This document shows, in pieces, positions 9,271-18,266 of a stretch of DNA of 64,000 nt (its first letter is position 1; each line of letters begins with the position of its first letter). The notes below the pieces were generated by a model, which saw only the letters and a list, made by a program, of their open reading frames with translations, made no database searches and was not told the origin of the DNA. Both the position numbers and the translations under genes were made by a program. The stretch lies in the IMG/VR virus record IMGVR_UViG_3300028593_000003. The stretch is one strand, 5' to 3'. This DNA is from a virus (lineage: Duplodnaviria; Caudoviricetes).

Positions 9271-10589
9271 TATTTTTTATCCTTCTTTTTCTCAAATAGC
9301 ATATGTTTGAGCGCTGGATATATGTGCTCTTTCCCCTTTATAATACAGGCCAGAAAGTGCTTTTCATCGTCCTTATAGAAATTGGTTCCGGCCTCTGTTT
9401 CAATCTTGAAATTGAAAGTGTTGGTATACTTCTCCATCAAATTCCCGTGTGGTGCGTGAAAATATCCTTGAGAAGAAATATGAATTTCACAGTATCCCAG
9501 CATATTGATTTTCTTCTCAAGAAGTGCCTTGGTGGATTGCATTGTAGCATCGGGGTCAAAATCCTCACCATCGGAAACATATACTACATATACATTCCAT
9601 TGGTCAAGAGGATATTCCCTTTCAACCAATTCCTTCGCAAGGTCAAAAGCCGTGTGACAATAGGTTCCCCCACTCTCACCTTTTTTGAAGAAAGTCTCTT
9701 CATCTACCAGAGAGGCCATTGTATGATGAGCAATAAATCTTATTTGAACGTGATTGTAGGATTTCTTCAAGAACTCGACCATCCAGAACAACATTGAACG
9801 AGCAAGATATTTTTTCTCGGGCGTCATCGAACCGGAAGTATCCATCATAGCAACAACAACCGCATTACTATGAATTTCAAATTCTTGATCCATTTGCTTG
9901 AACCTCAAATCCTCATCTTCAATAAAGAGGGATTGGACATCAGCATCAGGATTGACCTTATTGTTTTTTACGAGTTCAATAGCAATTACCAAGTCACCAT
10001 AGGCTGTCGCAAGAGCCTTGTAAGCTGTTTCCTCATCACAGGATGTCGCCTCCATAATTTCGGCGGCATAAATTGCCATCCTTTTTATGGATTCTTTGAT
10101 TGTTCTTCTCTTGTGTATTCGGGGATGAATGCCCACTTTGGAAATAGTTTCAAATTTCCATCCTGAAGGAACAAGTAACTCCGCCTTGGTTTTTTCTTCA
10201 ATATATGGAAGCCCCAAATCTTCAAACATAATGTTGATAAGATAATCTATATCAACTTCTGTTTCCATATAATCTTCACCACGAACATTACCGGCCTTTT
10301 CGCCGTTTTTTCCCTTCTTCGGCCTGCGGCCTATAATATCTCCCGCCTTACCTTTTCCCTGACCAACACCACCAGAAGTTCCGGTACTACCATAAACGAA
10401 GCGATAATCCCTCAATCCCTTGACGGGAACACGCACAGTTTTACCGTGCTTTTGAGTAATTATAGATTCCTCGGCAATAATATCTTTTATATTTTTTCTG
10501 ATTGTATCTTCGATTTTCTCGCGGTGCCGGGCGGCATCTTTCCTACCTTTCGAAGATAAATCCCAATTTTCATGCGAAATAATAGCCAT
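9270..10589 (-). CDS. yeaH: YeaH/YhbH (DUF444) vWA-domain protein
   Basis: D..RH, GVGQG.G..GD, DLRF, MMDTSGSM MIDAS motif, ESGGT, SDG(E)D. Confidence 0.92.
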   Translation of the reverse strand: MAIISHENWDLSSKGRKDAARHREKIEDTIRKNIKDIIAEESIITQKHGKTVRVPVKGLRDYRFVYGSTGTSGGVGQGKGKAGDIIGRRPKKGKNGEKAGNVRGEDYMETEVDIDYLINIMFEDLGLPYIEEKTKAELLVPSGWKFETISKVGIHPRIHKRRTIKESIKRMAIYAAEIMEATSCDEETAYKALATAYGDLVIAIELVKNNKVNPDADVQSLFIEDEDLRFKQMDQEFEIHSNAVVVAMMDTSGSMTPEKKYLARSMLFWMVEFLKKSYNHVQIRFIAHHTMASLVDEETFFKKGESGGTYCHTAFDLAKELVEREYPLDQWNVYVVYVSDGEDFDPDATMQSTKALLEKKINMLGYCEIHISSQGYFHAPHGNLMEKYTNTFNFKIETEAGTNFYKDDEKHFLACIIKGKEHIYPALKHMLFEKKKDKK

Positions 10590-10611
10590 ATTGAAACCCC
10601 TTTTTATTATG

Positions 10612-10641
10612 TGGCGGTGGCAGAGAAATCTGCCACCGCCA
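10612..10641. promoter_or_regulatory. Perfect 13-bp GC-rich hairpin between prkA and yeaH, no U-tract
   Basis: TGGCGGTGGCAGA-GAAA-TCTGCCACCGCCA. Confidence 0.6.
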
Positions 10642-10677
10642 TCTCCCGAAGCATCTCACACCGATTTGGAGGAGATA

Positions 10678-12636
10678 TTACTCTTCCTTGCGAAGGATTT
10701 CTCCCACGAAGGAAAGAAGAATGTTAGCACACTCTGGACAGTATCCGCGGTTGGTAAGATTTTTGACGGCGGACTTTCTCTTCATCTGTGTTCTCTTGTC
10801 CGTTGCAGACTTATCAGCAAGGGTAAGAGACACAACATTTTTGAGATCGCTCATCAGTTTCTTTTCAATCGCGATACGAAGAGGATCATAGGTCTTGAAG
10901 GTGAATAGTTCACCCTTCTCAAGCTGGGCGGATTTGTAAACGAATATACCGTTTCGAAATTCCGTTTTGGAATTGACAGGAATACCAATATACTCTTCGA
11001 TCTGCCTCATCAATTTCTCATCGGGATCACTATATTCACCCGTAATCGAGTCTTGGATTTTCTCCTTACGGCAGAAAGCGTCCGCATTACGAATATAGTT
11101 CTCGAAGAGAGATTGTGCCTGTTCCTCATAGGCGGAGAGGAACGCCATATTTACTTCCTTCTTGGCGATATCCTTGAACTCGGCACTTACAGATTCTTTT
11201 TCACCGAGAAGAAGTGTAAGATACTTTTTCGCTTCCTCTTCCGTGATACCAATCTGGTGCTCGAAATTGGAACGAAGTGCTCTGATAATGTCAATAGGAT
11301 TGACACACTTCTTTTCCTCTTTCTGCCCGAGGGCGATGTTGAGGGCGTTGATGATGAATCTTGGAGAAATACCCTTCATTCCCTCACCCTGCTCCCTACC
11401 TTCCATACGAAGAGCCTTCACATCAATTTCCTGTTTCTTCAGCTCTTCTGTGATTTCCCCATTGTAAATCCTCATCTTCTGGACGATAGAGGAAACCTTA
11501 TTGGATGGCGCCAATCTTGTCAAAATGGCAAACTGGGCGGCGACCTTCAAAGTATTTGGTGCAATATGTATTCCACGAAAATCAGATTCACGAATCATCT
11601 TCTCGTAGATTTTTATCTCGTCATCCACACGGAGGTTCCAAGGAACAACAATAGGATACATTCTATCGTGGAGAGCCTCGTTCTTCTTCTCTGATCGGAA
11701 TGCATCATATTCCGTCTGGTTCGTGTGGGCTAAAATCAATGTATCAATGTACATTTGTGGGAAGCCCGGTGCTTTGATCATCTGTTCCTGAGCAGCAGTA
11801 ATCAATACATAGTGGAACTTCACATCAGCCTTCAATAACTCGATGTACTCAATCACTCCACCATTAGCGACCTGCAACTCACCGTTGAACTGATATGCCC
11901 TTGGGTCTGTTTCACCATACCTTGTCATCTTGGACATATTGACACGGCCGATAAGCTCGGAAATATCCTGAGATTTCGGATCGGATGGCTGGAATGTTCC
12001 AATACCAACTCGCTTCTGCTCCGAAAACTGGATAGTCGTGACAGGAACCTCTTCCCATTTGATATGACCATCTTCTGCAAGATAGCTTTCCTCAACCATC
12101 TGCTGGCAAGCAGGGCAGAGTGTTCCCTCAACTTTTACGCCGAGCATCTCTTCCCATTTTGGGCGGTCATCAAGAGGAATGAGATGTAGAGGTTCTTCGT
12201 GGATAGGGCATCCCTTGATTGTATATTTCGGTGTCCTATCTCTTTCCAGACCCCTCTTGATGAGGGCGGAAATTGTGGACTTACCCGAAGCCACGGGGCC
12301 CACCATAATAAGGATCCTCTTACCAGTTTCGGTTCTTCGTGCGGCAGCCTTGAGAAACTTCATAATATCGTGGAGTGCCTCAAGGGTTCCATAAATCTTG
12401 TTGTCAAAAAATTTGTAGCGCACCAGATCTTCATAACCTCTGATTTTGAGGGTATTGTCTACATCTTCTGTACCATACCTCATAATCATATTGAAAATCC
12501 TGCCCGGTGCAAAGTTGGCAATATCCGGATTATTCTTTACCATATAAAGGTAATCCAAACATTTTCCTTCCCATTGGGCGACTTTGCGGTCTTTGCGCTG
12601 ATCTAATATGATGCTTCGGAAATCTTTATTCATCAT
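10678..12636 (-). CDS. prkA: PrkA/YeaG AAA+ ATPase (annotated serine kinase)
   Basis: GPVASGKS Walker A, GCPIHEEPLHL, PSDPKSQDISELIG, ANGG.IEYIE, HTN..EY, GEGM.GISPRF. Confidence 0.95.
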   Translation of the reverse strand: MMNKDFRSIILDQRKDRKVAQWEGKCLDYLYMVKNNPDIANFAPGRIFNMIMRYGTEDVDNTLKIRGYEDLVRYKFFDNKIYGTLEALHDIMKFLKAAARRTETGKRILIMVGPVASGKSTISALIKRGLERDRTPKYTIKGCPIHEEPLHLIPLDDRPKWEEMLGVKVEGTLCPACQQMVEESYLAEDGHIKWEEVPVTTIQFSEQKRVGIGTFQPSDPKSQDISELIGRVNMSKMTRYGETDPRAYQFNGELQVANGGVIEYIELLKADVKFHYVLITAAQEQMIKAPGFPQMYIDTLILAHTNQTEYDAFRSEKKNEALHDRMYPIVVPWNLRVDDEIKIYEKMIRESDFRGIHIAPNTLKVAAQFAILTRLAPSNKVSSIVQKMRIYNGEITEELKKQEIDVKALRMEGREQGEGMKGISPRFIINALNIALGQKEEKKCVNPIDIIRALRSNFEHQIGITEEEAKKYLTLLLGEKESVSAEFKDIAKKEVNMAFLSAYEEQAQSLFENYIRNADAFCRKEKIQDSITGEYSDPDEKLMRQIEEYIGIPVNSKTEFRNGIFVYKSAQLEKGELFTFKTYDPLRIAIEKKLMSDLKNVVSLTLADKSATDKRTQMKRKSAVKNLTNRGYCPECANILLSFVGEILRKEE

Positions 12637-13111
12637 TATTCGCCTCCATCTGTGTTTTTGCTTCTATCTTTTTAACATCTTGTCCGTCTTTGAGATATTT
12701 CAGGATTGTCTCCCTATCAGTAATAACCAATCTATCCCTACCCGCCGGTTGTTGCCCGGCAAGTAATCTACTTTTTATATCAAGTTCTTTTTCTTTTAAT
12801 TTTAACACATCTCGTTTAATCTGTAAACTATCTATATTTGACTTATTTATCATAATTTGAGTTGAGGCTTGAGTTACTGAATTTATTATCAAACTCGCCA
12901 CTTCAACAAGTCTCGCTGAAAAATTACCGTTCTTCAATTCCGCTTCGATCTGGTCGAGAATGAAATTGGCTTTGGTAATGTTTTTTCTCAAAATCTGTTC
13001 CGGTTCTTCTTGACCACCTTCTTGAGTTTGTGCCTTATTCAATTCATTTTGAACATCCACGACCTCAATGTCAAGAATTTCCTCAAGATTTTTTCTATGT
13101 AATTCTGGCAT
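12626..13111 (-). CDS. gp16: Terminase small subunit (T4 gp16-like)
   Basis: Size, helical core with AR..EV...LI, C-terminal ..ITDRE.IL; late promoter upstream; co-oriented with terL. Confidence 0.6.
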   Translation of the reverse strand: MPELHRKNLEEILDIEVVDVQNELNKAQTQEGGQEEPEQILRKNITKANFILDQIEAELKNGNFSARLVEVASLIINSVTQASTQIMINKSNIDSLQIKRDVLKLKEKELDIKSRLLAGQQPAGRDRLVITDRETILKYLKDGQDVKKIEAKTQMEANNDE

Positions 13112-13140
13112 AATGTCACTCTCCTACATTTATATGCCTA

Positions 13141-13148
13141 TATTTATA
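13141..13148 (-). promoter_or_regulatory. T4-type late promoter TATAAATA
   Basis: Exact motif 30 nt upstream of terS. Confidence 0.7.
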
Positions 13149-13156
13149 TCTATAAG

Positions 13157-13185
13157 ATTATATCATTTTTTTACTATTATGTAAA
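13157..13185 (-). promoter_or_regulatory. Sigma70-type early promoter TTTACA-N17-TATAAT
   Basis: -35 at 13180-13185, -10 at 13157-13162, 17-bp spacer; same form as the pair at 60728-60791. Confidence 0.7.
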
Positions 13186-13200
13186 TAGTAAATTTTAATC

Positions 13201-13231
13201 AAAAAAAACCCCCTCTACGAGAGAGGGGGTT
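13201..13231 (-). terminator. Rho-independent terminator of the major capsid gene
   Basis: AACCCCCTCT-loop-AGAGGGGGTT running into a T8 tract on the minus strand. Confidence 0.85.
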
Positions 13232-13256
13232 CAGTTTTGTCATCTCCTAATTTACA

Positions 13257-14429
13257 TTAGGATGGTAGACCGCTGATATCAACCTTCTTGTAGTAGAGGT
13301 TACTACCGAAGATGTGCTGGTGGATAGCATATCTGCTCATCAAACCAACGGTTGGATGGAAGGACTGCTCAAAGATAGTCTTTGATACCATCAGCTGAAT
13401 GTATGGAAGGTAAATAATACCTGCATCATACTCTGATGGGCCCTTGTAACCAACTGTCATATAGTCGGATGCGGCAAATGTGTCTCTGTAGACCGTAATA
13501 CGGCCATCAAGAGAACCCATCTTGGAGATACCCGCTACGAGAGTATTCATATCGCCGTCAGTTGGGTGAATAACGAAACTTGAAAGACCTTCGAATGCGG
13601 CACAAGTATATGGGGATGCCAGTACGAAATTACCAGCTCCTCTACGAGTGTCAATCGCGATCTTGTTGGCTCTACGAACAACCACGTTGTAGAGGTTTCT
13701 GTATTTCTCAGATTCCCATCTTCCATCCGCGGATGCTGAATATGACCAAGTTGTGGTTTCCGCAATACCGTTCACGACATTGACGATCTCTCTGTCAATT
13801 TCCGCCGTAATTTCGTATGCAAGAATGTCCATCATCTCCTCTTCGAGATCAAGACCGTGCATTGCTTTGAGGTCTTGTGCAACTTCAAGTGACCATCTGC
13901 TTCTCAATTTTCTTGTCTTGGCTTCTACCTGTGCCTTTTCAACCGTGAGGTTTACTTCGTTGATGGGGGTTCCCGCACCAACACCGAGGCCGACATCACC
14001 AGTAACATTAGAACCGAGAATTTCACCAGCAGATGTGATGTAAGATCCAGAATAGGTAGTATCCATCGTATTATAACCGAGCTCCGTACCAGGCGCTCCA
14101 GCATAATTTGATGCACCACCGGCTCTGAATCTGAGCGCGAACGCCAGCCCTACCGGGCCTGTGAGTGGCTGAACACCAACGATATCGTGGGCAATCAGCT
14201 CAGGGAAAGTACGTCTTACCATCGGAACGGCAATCTGATGAAAATCACCGGAAATCGCATAGGGCGATCCACGGCCGACTTCTGACCAGTTTCCTGCTTC
14301 CGTGAGGTACTTATATTCGTTCTCGAGCATAAGAGCCGTAGCTTTTTTGATCTTCTGAGAGCGAATTTTATTTCCCTCGGCGAGAACCTTATCCCATTTC
14401 TCAATCAACTGCTTTGTTTGTTCTCTCAT
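13257..14429 (-). CDS. gp23: Major capsid protein (T4 gp23-like)
   Basis: VRR.FP.LIA.DI.GVQP..GP.GL.FALR, AKTRKL...WS.E.AQDL.A.HG.D, EI.AEIDREI, RRG.GN, YLPY; candidate maturation site YKYLTE/A. Confidence 0.97.
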   Translation of the reverse strand: MREQTKQLIEKWDKVLAEGNKIRSQKIKKATALMLENEYKYLTEAGNWSEVGRGSPYAISGDFHQIAVPMVRRTFPELIAHDIVGVQPLTGPVGLAFALRFRAGGASNYAGAPGTELGYNTMDTTYSGSYITSAGEILGSNVTGDVGLGVGAGTPINEVNLTVEKAQVEAKTRKLRSRWSLEVAQDLKAMHGLDLEEEMMDILAYEITAEIDREIVNVVNGIAETTTWSYSASADGRWESEKYRNLYNVVVRRANKIAIDTRRGAGNFVLASPYTCAAFEGLSSFVIHPTDGDMNTLVAGISKMGSLDGRITVYRDTFAASDYMTVGYKGPSEYDAGIIYLPYIQLMVSKTIFEQSFHPTVGLMSRYAIHQHIFGSNLYYKKVDISGLPS

Positions 14430-14453
14430 TTCAGAATCTTCCTCCTATAAAAT

Positions 14454-15362
14454 TTAGAATTTATTCTCTTTCAGAATGGTGACAACTCCCTTCAGATACT
14501 TGCTAAAAGGATCGTCACTTTCCTCGACCGGCTTTCCTTCCTGATCTTCGACCTCGATTTTGCCTTGACCCATATCCTCCGCTGGAGTTGGTTCATCAGC
14601 ATCTTTCATCTTGGCGCCGCAGGATGGGCAGGCCATTGCGGAGCACGCACCTTTTGTGGTTGCGTGAGAACCGCAGGATGGGCAAACACAATCATTTGTC
14701 TTTGCCTCTGCATCAGGCTCCTGGCTGCCTGGCTTTAGACCAAATTCGGCATCCGGTGCTTCCTGTTCGAGAATGGTGTCAACAACAATCTGGAACTTTC
14801 TGTCGATTTCTGTTTTCTCATTCAGATCGCCCAGAAGGTCGAGAACCTTTCTCCTCTGTGCCTCTGTGAGGCCGTCACACTTCTTTCTCAAATAGAGATG
14901 AGATGCAAGAGCACGGGCATCTTCTTCTGCCTGAATTCTCTTTGAAGTTTCTTTGTTGAGTTCATCTTTCAGTTTGATGATCTCTTCTTTTGCTTCGCGG
15001 AGAAGGCCTTTGATTTCCTCATTCAGAACTCCCTCATCAATAGCAAGTCTTACTTTGAATTCCTGAATGACTTCATCATAAAGTTCGCCCTTCTTTGCAT
15101 ATTCCACAACTTTATCAGGCAACTTGAGTTCTTCTTCAAGAACGGTATCTACAAAATTGGAAAACTTTGATGTGATATCGCCTTTATATTCCTCAAACTT
15201 GCCCTCGTATTCCTCGATGAGTTTCTCAGATTCTTCCTTGACAAGCTTGTCTGCTCTCTCACGGGATTTTACATCCACGATGGCTTCCAGCTTCTCTTTT
15301 ACGGCTGAAATCTGTGACTCTTCGAGTTTCTCAATACCGAGCACTTTCAAGATTTCTTCCAT
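14454..15362 (-). CDS. gp22: Prohead core scaffold protein (T4 gp22-like) with a Cys-rich insert
   Basis: Acidic coiled coil, GLTEAQ motif, position directly upstream of gp23. Confidence 0.75.
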   Translation of the reverse strand: MEEILKVLGIEKLEESQISAVKEKLEAIVDVKSRERADKLVKEESEKLIEEYEGKFEEYKGDITSKFSNFVDTVLEEELKLPDKVVEYAKKGELYDEVIQEFKVRLAIDEGVLNEEIKGLLREAKEEIIKLKDELNKETSKRIQAEEDARALASHLYLRKKCDGLTEAQRRKVLDLLGDLNEKTEIDRKFQIVVDTILEQEAPDAEFGLKPGSQEPDAEAKTNDCVCPSCGSHATTKGACSAMACPSCGAKMKDADEPTPAEDMGQGKIEVEDQEGKPVEESDDPFSKYLKGVVTILKENKF

Positions 15363-15379
15363 CTACTCTTCCTCCTGTA

Positions 15380-15787
15380 TTATTTTTTACTCTTAGACTC
15401 AGAGAGTCTTTTAAGTCTTTTCTTTGGTTTCTTCGATTCGACAACTTCATCTTCGATATCTGCATATTCGTCTGCTATGGTATCATCAACCACTTCATCG
15501 TCTACTACATCCATTTCGGATGTATCGTCATCAAGATGTGTCTCATCGAAATTCCAATCTCTATCTGTCAGTTCGAATGGAGGTTCGAAGGCCGAGAGAA
15601 TTTCCTCTCTGATCCTTTTGCCTTCAGCATCAAGAACATTTGGGTCAAGGCTATAGATGAAATTTCCCATCCTATCGAGAAGCTCGTCCATATCAAAGCT
15701 TTCTTTCAAACATCGTTTTGGATCTCTCTTGCGAAGCCTCTTTTGATCTTTCGCAAGAAACTCATCAATTCTATCAAGAATAGACAT
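15380..15787 (-). CDS. Acidic prohead-core/internal protein candidate
   Basis: GGAGG RBS before MSILDRIDEFL; Asp/Glu-rich with several xxE sites; lies in the head module. Confidence 0.5.
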   Translation of the reverse strand: MSILDRIDEFLAKDQKRLRKRDPKRCLKESFDMDELLDRMGNFIYSLDPNVLDAEGKRIREEILSAFEPPFELTDRDWNFDETHLDDDTSEMDVVDDEVVDDTIADEYADIEDEVVESKKPKKRLKRLSESKSKK

Positions 15788-15882
15788 ACTTTCCTCCATT
15801 TGGAATTATTTATCGGTTTTTTGATTGTTTTGAACAGATTGGTTAAAACACAGGATTATCAAGGGTTTTCAGTTACAGTTTT

Positions 15883-16131
15883 TTATTTTGGTGTATATTT
15901 TTTACATACGCCGTTCAATGATACCCAAAATGTAAGTGTTCCATATTTTCTGGATATTCTTATATTTTGTGGATTTACACATCTATTTTTAAATTTGCCT
16001 ATATCAATGTGAAGGCAGGTTGCACAGACATCGATTTTTCTCTCCTGATATCCGGCCTCGAAATATTGTTCATCTTCATAGGTAGTCTCTTTTTCCGCCA
16101 AATATTTTTCCACCACTCTCTCTATTTCCAT
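15883..16131 (-). CDS. Small 4-Cys protein (HiPIP-like Cys pattern) with YLxE leader
   Basis: MEIERVVEKYLAE; CATC...C...VSLNGVCKKY; paralog of 3146..3427. Confidence 0.6.
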   Translation of the reverse strand: MEIERVVEKYLAEKETTYEDEQYFEAGYQERKIDVCATCLHIDIGKFKNRCVNPQNIRISRKYGTLTFWVSLNGVCKKYTPK

Positions 16132-16170
16132 TTCAAGCGTGTGCCTTCCCTACTATTTTTTGCTCCTGTT

Positions 16171-16415
16171 TTATTTTTTCAACTTACTTCTGAGCGACGC
16201 TAATTCTTCCTGTGCAAGTTTTAGATTGGTCTTAATAAGACTTAGATGACTATCGGCATACTCATCCGCCTGTTTATCATCTTTTATACTCTTCCAATGT
16301 TCCTCGGCTTTTTGATATACTACTTTTTTCCTTTCTATCTTTTTTTGAAGCTCAATAATTTTCTTTTTGATGGGTTCATTCTGTTTGGCCTTCTTCTCAT
16401 CCGTTCTCCAATACC
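16171..16415 (-). pseudogene. 3' part of a 103-aa coiled-coil gene interrupted by IS607
   Basis: Joins in frame to 18501..18569 across the GG core (..QKER/YWRTDEKK..). Confidence 0.7.
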
Positions 16416-17653
16416 TACCAGAATCTACCATGAGATTCTGCGCTTGGTTCCTGCTTCAAAGAGGCTGCCAACGATACTGCTGTTGGTCTTATATCACTCT
16501 CCACAGGCGTAACTTTCCGAGGAACTCTCGGTAGTTTTGCTGCTAAATTCTTGAGATTGATGGCTGCGTTTAGGTCGCGGTCATGTATTGCACCACAGTC
16601 GCAAGTCCACTCCCTATCTGATAACTTCAACTCCGAGTTGATGCAACCACAATGCCTGCATAGACGCGAAGATGGGAAAAATCTGTCGGCGACTATCAAT
16701 TCGGAGCCGTACCAAACTGTCTTGTATTCCAGTTGCCTGCGAAACTCAGCAAATCCAACATCGCTGATTGCCTGTGCCAAGCAATGATTTGCCAACATCC
16801 CAGATACATTTAGGTCTTCAAGCACAACTACACTTGGACGTTCATTATCGGGTTTGGTTTTCGCAACGATAACAGACGTTGATTTGTGTAGTGTGTCACG
16901 GCGTATGTTGGCTATCCGTTGATGCGCTTTGGCAACTTTCTTCCGTGTCTTTTCTCGATTCTTTCCACCTTTCTTTCGGCGCGACAGTTCGCGTTGAAGC
17001 CGCCTGAGTTTAGCCTGTGCCTTCTTTAATGGCTTCGGATTCTCGAATCTCTGCCCATCAGAAACCACAGCCAATTCCTTAACGCCCAAATCAACGCCTA
17101 TGGGTTCTCCGATTGCCTGGGTAGCCTCAATCTCTTGTTTGCATTGAACACTTACAAACCATCGCCCTGCCGATTCTGAAACGGTGACAGATAAAATATG
17201 GATGCCATCAGCCGGGATGTAGCCGTGTTCTTTTAGCCTGAGCCAGCCAATACGAGGAAGTTTAATGTGTGTCTCAGTGATGTGAATTGCGCCAGTCAGT
17301 CTAAAACTTCCAATACCATTCTTGCGACTTTTGAACCTTGGGAAGCCCGGTTTTTTTTCATTCTTCACACGGCGGAAGAAGTTTTGATATGCCTTGTCCA
17401 AATCGCGCAGGGCTTCTTGTGGAGCAGCTTTTGAAACTTCGTAAAGCCAGGGGAAATCTGTCTTTTTCAATGCGTTCAACTGCCGGTGTTGCTCTATAGC
17501 ATTGCTGGACTTACCGGTTTCCTCATATTCCTGCTTTCGTCTTGCAAGTCCCCAGTTCCAAGCAAAGCGAGCAGCGCCCGCATGTTTCAGCAATGCAGTT
17601 CGTTGAACATTGTTGGGGTCAAGCTCGGTTTTGTAGGCTCTAAGAATTTCCAT
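16415..17653 (-). CDS. tnpB: RNA-guided endonuclease TnpB
   Basis: Likely start MEILRAYKTEL; HTH, PRFKSRK, RuvC GVDLG / VLEDL / DRDLNAA, zinc finger CRHC..CDC; stop coincides with the IS end. Confidence 0.93.
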   Translation of the reverse strand: MEILRAYKTELDPNNVQRTALLKHAGAARFAWNWGLARRKQEYEETGKSSNAIEQHRQLNALKKTDFPWLYEVSKAAPQEALRDLDKAYQNFFRRVKNEKKPGFPRFKSRKNGIGSFRLTGAIHITETHIKLPRIGWLRLKEHGYIPADGIHILSVTVSESAGRWFVSVQCKQEIEATQAIGEPIGVDLGVKELAVVSDGQRFENPKPLKKAQAKLRRLQRELSRRKKGGKNREKTRKKVAKAHQRIANIRRDTLHKSTSVIVAKTKPDNERPSVVVLEDLNVSGMLANHCLAQAISDVGFAEFRRQLEYKTVWYGSELIVADRFFPSSRLCRHCGCINSELKLSDREWTCDCGAIHDRDLNAAINLKNLAAKLPRVPRKVTPVESDIRPTAVSLAASLKQEPSAESHGRFW

Positions 17654-18266
17654 CAGTCTTTTTCTTCCTACGTTCTGCACTTCTGCGACCATAGATTTTT
17701 GCGCTGAATGACGAAAGCAATGAAAGCATATCCTCGACCAACTCAGCCTCGTAGGATTTTGGCAATACTTCTTCACACCATTCTACGGCAACACCGTGAC
17801 TCTCAAATAGTCTGACAAAGATTGAGAAATTGAAACGAGCCAATCTATCCTTGTGTTCAATGACAACTCGATTGATTTTCTGCTCGATAGCCAAGTCAAA
17901 TAACCTGTGCAACTTTGGGCGGCTGTCGTTCATGCCTGATAGCGTTTCCTCAAAAACATAGCCAACTCGATATTGTTTGTTGGCACAGTATTCAAGCACT
18001 CGCAACTTTTGGCGTTCTAAGTCGCCTTTCTGTTTCTGGTCGTGGCTGCTGACACGGGTATAAACCGCAACACAATCATTTGGCGGATTGTCTTCTGATA
18101 CTACACCTTGAAGTTGCTCAATATCTTCAATGCGGTATCTCCGATGTCCGCCCTTTGTACGTTCTGCTTTCAATGCGCCAGAATCGTCCCACGCTCGGAG
18201 CGTAGAGATTCCGACACCCAAAAGTTCAGCGGCTTTCGCTATCCCGATTAGTCTCTTGCTCGTCAT
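17640..18266 (-). CDS. tnpA: IS607 serine-recombinase transposase TnpA
   Basis: MerR-type HTH (AAELLGV..STLR.W..GGHRRY), catalytic YTRVSS, DLERQ, EHKDRLARF, KIYGRRS; likely start at 18266. Confidence 0.93.
   Translation of the reverse strand: MTSKRLIGIAKAAELLGVGISTLRAWDDSGALKAERTKGGHRRYRIEDIEQLQGVVSEDNPPNDCVAVYTRVSSHDQKQKGDLERQKLRVLEYCANKQYRVGYVFEETLSGMNDSRPKLHRLFDLAIEQKINRVVIEHKDRLARFNFSIFVRLFESHGVAVEWCEEVLPKSYEAELVEDMLSLLSSFSAKIYGRRSAERRKKKTDGNS

Noticed and set aside
713-12606. Long plus-strand ORFs opposite the head and packaging genes (713..1519, 5345..6097, 8437..9378, 11053..11694)
   Set aside because: Fully antisense to well-supported genes, with Phe/Leu/Ser-rich shadow composition and no motifs.
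7687-12636. Host chromosomal contamination explaining prkA-yeaH-spoVR
   Set aside because: Both flanks are phage packaging genes, prkA overlaps the upstream gene, and phage-type promoter and hairpin signals bracket the operon. Read-level confirmation is still desirable.
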